From the human T2T-CHM13v2.0 reference genome, Homo sapiens, in NCBI RefSeq assembly GCF_009914755.1, contig NC_060927.1: a stretch of 64,000 bases of DNA; one strand, written 5' to 3'. The notes under the pieces are model-generated. The model searched no databases. It saw only the letters and a program-made list of their open reading frames with translations, and was not told the origin of the DNA. A program made the translations under genes and the position numbers. Position 1 is the stretch's first letter. Each line of letters starts with the position of its first letter. This document shows positions 58,395-64,000 of the stretch, in pieces.

Positions 58395-59022
58395 TGTATT
58401 AGTTAGGGTCCTCTGGAAGGACAGAACTAGTGGACAGAATTTACACACACACACGTATAATAAACTCCCTTACATATATATGAACTGACATTCATATATG
58501 TAATTCGTTTGTGTGAGAATTGGCTCACACAAAAGACAAAGTCTTATGATAGGCTCTCTGCAAGCTGTGGAAGAGTGAAGCTGGTAGTGGCTCAGTCCAA
58601 GTCCAAAAGCCTCAAACTAGGGAAGCTGACAGTGCAGCCTTCAATCTGTGGCCAAAGACTTGAGAGTCCCCAGAAAGCCACTGGTGCAAGTCTGAGAGTC
58701 CAAAGGCTGAAGAACCTGGAGTCTGACGTCCGAGGGAAGGAGGAACAGAAGAAAGCATACAACACGGGAGAAAGAAGGAAGCCAGAGGACTCCACGAGCA
58801 ACGTTATCCCACCTTCTTCTGCCTGCTTTGCCTTAGCCATGCTGGCAGCAAATTGGATGGTGCCCACTCACATTGAGTCTGGGTCTTCCTCTCCCAGTCC
58901 GTTGACTCAAAGGTCAATCTCCTCTGGCAACACCCTCACAGACACAACCACCATCAATACTTTACCAGTTATCTAGGCATCCTTTCATCTAATCAAGATT
59001 ATGCCTAATATTAATCATCACA
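58395..59022 (-). mobile_element. MLT2A-type solo LTR (ERVL) in the L1PB 5'UTR
   Basis: tgtattagttagggt...gtccaaaggctgaagaacctggagtctga...tggcaacaccctcacagacac...attaatcatcaca; TSD taaat / tatat. Confidence 0.9.
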
Positions 59023-59108
59023 TATATAAAACATAAATTCAAGTATGATTAGAAGAAATAGTCCAAATGAGAAGAAACCAGAAAAGTAACTCTGGCAATA
59101 TGACATAA

Positions 59109-59542
<434 letters not shown>

Positions 59543-60059
59543 CAGTAAGTCAAGGAGGTATCAGAGAAAGCCACTCAAGGAGATATCAGAGAAAGATTAA
59601 AATTATAATACAGAAATTTAAAAAGCAGTTCAGGGTATGAATGAGAAATGAGAGATAGCTATCATCAAGAAAAGACCAGCATATCATAACTTCTAGAAAT
59701 GAAAAGCACACTTGGGAAATTACAAAATACAGTGGAAAGTTTTAACAATAGACTAGAACATGTAGAAGAAAGAATTTCAGAGCTTAAATACAAGGCTTTT
59801 GAGGTGATCAAGTCAGACCAAAATAAAAAAAAAAAAACAAAAGAAATAAACAAAGTCTCCAAGATACATGAGATTATGTAAAACAGCCAACACTAAGAAT
59901 AACTGGTGTTCTTTTAGGAGAAGAGAAAGTAATATGTCTGGAAAACTTGTTTGAGGAAATGATTAAGGAAAACTTCTCTTGCCTGCCTAGAGATGTTAGC
60001 GATGTAAATATTCAAATCCAAGAAGCACATAATTAAAAATGTACACACTTTAAAAATGT

Positions 60060-60222
60060 ATACTCCTGTCTCAGAGCTCTGGCTATTCAGGTCAGACAGG
60101 CAACTTTTTCATCTGTAGAAATGTTGATATTTCAAGTACAGAGGAATTGTGACTCTGTCATGTAAGCCTGAACTTGGAGGGTCTTCCTCATGTGGGAATG
60201 CATGATGTGTCCCAGAAAAAAT
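60060..60222 (-). repeat. Inverted copy of 57678-57839 (L1PB 5'UTR segment)
   Basis: actcctgtctcagagctctggctattcaggtcagacag is the exact reverse complement of ~57801-57838; similarity continues to gatgtgtcccagaaaa. Confidence 0.93.
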
Positions 60223-63200
60223 ATTCAAATTTTTGAATATTATTCAAATATTCTGGGACACCTTGATGTGTCCCAGAAAAAATATTCAAATACAAATCAA
60301 AGAAATGCTGAGATTTTCATTGCAAAAATATCTTCGCCAAGACATATAGTCATTAGGCTACCTAAAGTCAACATGAAACAAAGAATTCTAAGAGCAGTAA
60401 GACAAAAGCATCAGTTAACCTACAAAGGAAAGCCTATAAAACTAACATCAGACTTCTCAGCAGAAATCTTGCAAGCCAGAAGAAATTGGGGTTGTATCTT
60501 CAACCTCCATAAAAAGAACAACTGTCAGCCAAGAATCATGTATTATGCAAAACTGAGTTTCATAATCGAAGGAGAAATAGTCATTTTTAGACAAACAAAT
60601 GGTGATGAAATTTTTCACTACAAAACCAGCACGACAAGAGATGCTAAAAGGAGCTCTAAACCTTGAAACAAAAGCCTGATATGCACCAAATTATAACCTC
60701 TTGAAAGCTTAAAACTCACAAGGCCCATAAAACGATAACACAATGAAAAACAAAACAAAACTATCTAGGTGAAAATTAACATAATGAAGAGAGAAAAAAA
60801 GCATCTCACATCTCAATATTAATATTGAATGCAAATGGTTTAAATGTTCCACTTGAAAGATACAGAATGGCAGAATGGAATAAAAAAATAAAAATCCAAA
60901 TACGTGCTATCTTCAAGAGAATCACCTAACACAGAAAGATGCATATAAACTCAAGGTAAAAAGGTAGAAACAAAATTCCACCCAAAGGGAAATCAAAAGT
61001 GAGCAGGAGTAGCTATTCTTATATAAGACAAAATAGACTTCAAAGTAACAACAGTAGAAAAAGTCAAATATGGTTACTATATAATAATGAAAGGATGAAT
61101 CCAACAAGAATATATTATAATCCTAAATTTACATGCAGCCAACACTGGAGGCCCCAGATTCATGAAACAATTACTACTAGTCCTAAGAAATGAGATAGAC
61201 AGCAACACAATAATAGTGGGAGACTTCAATGCATCACTGAAGATCCTGAAGCTGTCTAGTGCAAGAAGTCTAGAAGATCTTCAGATCTTCTGTTGACAAA
61301 AAGTCAATAGAGAAACAATGGACTTGAATGACATGCTAGAACACACGGACTTAACAGATATTTATAGAACATTCTACCTAAGAACTGCAGAATATACATT
61401 CTTCTCATTACCAGATCTAACATTCTCTAAGATGGACTACGTGATAGGCCACAAAACATGTCAAAATACACTTTTTAAAAATTAAAATAATATCAAGTAT
61501 CTTCTCAGAAAATAGTAGAATAAAATTAGAAATCAACTCCAAAAGAAACCTTCAAAACTATACAAATGCAAGAAAATTAAGTAATCTGCTTATGAGTGAT
61601 ATGTGGGTTAACAATGAAATCGAGATGGAATTTCAAAATCTATTTGAATTGAATGATAATAATGACACAAGTTTAAAACTTCTGTGATACAGTGAAAGCA
61701 TTGCTAAGAGAAAAGCATACAGTGCTAAGTTCCTCCATCAGTCTGGAAGCACAAATTAACAATCGAATTTCACACCTTAAGGAACTAGAGAAACAAGAAT
61801 AAACTAAACCCAAAGCTAGAAAAATAAAAGAAATAACAAAGATCAGAGAATAACTCAATGAAATTCAAACAACAACAACAACAAAAACAATATAAGGATC
61901 AATGAAAAAAAACTGGTTATTTGAAAAAATAGACCATTAGCTAGATTAACCAAGAACAGAAAATATAAAAATAACCTCAGTGAAACTGGAGACATTACAA
62001 TTGACATCACAGAGATACAAAAAATCATTTGAGACTACTGTGAGCACCTTTTATACAAAAACTGGAAAACCTAGAGGAAACAGATAGATTCTTGGAAACA
62101 TACAACCCTCCTAGATTAAATCAGGAAGAAATAAAAACCCCGAATAGACTAATAATAAGCAGTAAGATTGAATCAGTAATTTAAAAACTTCCATCAACAG
62201 CAACAAAATCTCAGGATCAGATGAATTCACAACTGAATTCTACCAGATATAGAAAGGAAAATTGGTACCATTCCTACCAAAGCTATTCTAAAACATTGAG
62301 AAAGATGGACTCCTTTCTAAATAATTTGATGAAGCCAGTATCACCCTGACACCAAAACCAAGAAAAGAAGAAAAGGCACAACCAAAAAAGAAAACTACAG
62401 ACCTATTTTTCTGATGAACATAGATGCAAAAATCTTCACCAAAATACTAACCAAATCCAACAGCACATGAAAAAGATAATTCATCATGATCAAGTTGATT
62501 TCATTCCAAGGAGGCAGGGATGGTTGAACATATGCAAGTCAGTAAATGTGATACATCACATAAACAGAATTAAAAACAAAAGACATATTATTATCTCAAT
62601 ATATCCAGAAAAAGCATATGAAAAAATAGGCATTTCTTTATGATTAAAAACTCTCAACAAACTAGGCATATAGGAGAACTACCTCAAGATATTAAAAGCT
62701 ATATATGACAAACCCACAACCAACATCATACTGAACGGATAAAAGTTGAAAGCATTCCCCCGGGGAACAGGAACAAGATAAGGATGATCACTTTTACCAC
62801 ACCTATTCAACATAGTTCTGGGAGTCCTAGCCAGACCAATTAGGCAGGAAAATGAATAAATTAATGAATAAATAAATAGCATCCAAATTGGAAAAGAGGA
62901 AGTCAAACTATCACTGTTTGAGGATGACATGATTGTATACCTAGAAAATCCTAGACTCCTCCAAAAGATTCCTAGATTTGATAAAATCTATGCTCATGGA
63001 TTGGATAAATCAATATTGTGAAAATGACCACACTGCCAAAAGCAATCTACAGATTCAATGTGATTCCCATAAAAAATGTAACATTCTTTTTCAGATAATT
63101 AGAAAATATCCTAAAATTTACATGGACTCAAAAAAGAGCCCAAATAGCCAGAGCAACGTTAAGCAAAAGAACAAATCTGGAGGCATCACATTACCAGAAT

Positions 63201-64000
63201 TCAAATTATACTACAAGGCTATAGTTAACAAAATAACATGGTATGGTTATAAAAGTATGCACATAGATCAGTGGAACAGGATAGAGAACCCCAAAATAAA
63301 GCCAAATACATATGGCCAACTGATCTTCAACAGAGCACACAGAAACATAAATTGGGAAGGGACACCCTATTTAATAAATGGTGCTGTGAAAACTGGCAAG
63401 GCACATGTGGAAGAATGAAACTGGATCCCTATTGCTCACCTTATCAAAAGTCAACTCACGATGGATCAAATACTTAAATATAAGACCTGAAACTATAACA
63501 ATTCAAAAGACAACATTCGAATAACTCTTCTAGACCTCAGCCTAGGCAAAGAATTCATAACTAAGACCCCGAAAGAAAATGAAAGAAAAACAAAAATAAA
63601 TAAATGGGACCTAATTAAACAAAAAAGTTTTGGCACAGAAAAAAAAATAATAATCAGAGTAAACAAATACCCCAGAGAATGAGAGAATATACTTGCAAAC
63701 CATGCCTCTGATATAGGACCAGGATCCAGGATCTACAAGGAACGCAAACAAATCAGCAAGAAAAAAACAAATAATTCCATCAAAAAGTGAGCGAAGGACA
63801 TGAATACATGTCTGTCCAAAGAAGATGCACAAATGGGCAACAAACATATGAAAAAATGCTTATCATTAATTATCAGGGAAACACAAATTAAAACCACAAT
63901 GGGATACCACTTTACTCCTGCAAGAATGGCCATTCTTAAAGAGTCAAAAAATAATAGATATTGACATGAATGTGGGGAAAAGTGGACACTTATACACTGC

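Noticed and set aside
58509-58976. 155-aa ORF
   Set aside because: Entirely within the antisense MLT2A LTR.
60190-60666. 158-aa ORF with L1 ORF1p similarity
   Set aside because: Frameshifted remnant of a dead L1PB; its N-terminus comes from the inverted insert, so it is not a gene.
62978-63418. 146-aa ORF with L1 ORF2p similarity
   Set aside because: Fragment of a stop-ridden ORF2 next to a deletion; the element cannot be active.

Overview
This window is not microbial. It is AT-rich, CpG-poor primate nuclear DNA, most likely hominoid/human: it carries a CpG-rich AluY-type element and L1PA3/L1PA4-type 3' ends. Well over half is recognisable interspersed repeat: L1 of many ages (L1M to L1PA), Alu, L2/MIR, LTRs (MER52, MER4E, MER50B, LTR40, MLT1/MLT2, MST, including a full LTR-internal-LTR MSTD-like provirus) and DNA-transposon fossils (MER2, MER3, MER58A, Charlie1, Tigger7/MER44). 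I recognise no protein-coding exon, RNA gene, CpG island or CRISPR array. The ORF track is explained by decayed repeats or chance. I cannot support a new biological system here. The most unusual signals are structural. Several templated-insertion or fold-back scars occur: an inverted copy of an L1 5'UTR segment sits in ORF1 of the same L1 with hairpin junctions, an inverted copy of locus-specific flank sits inside an L1MA, and there are smaller scrambled junctions. There are also two twin-primed (5'-inverted) ancient L1s, one with a perfect 17-bp TSD, a three-level nested insertion, and a few weak splice-motif and small-ORF candidates. Subfamily names come from my recall of consensus sequences, not from a search. 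Boundaries without a TSD are approximate to tens of bp.
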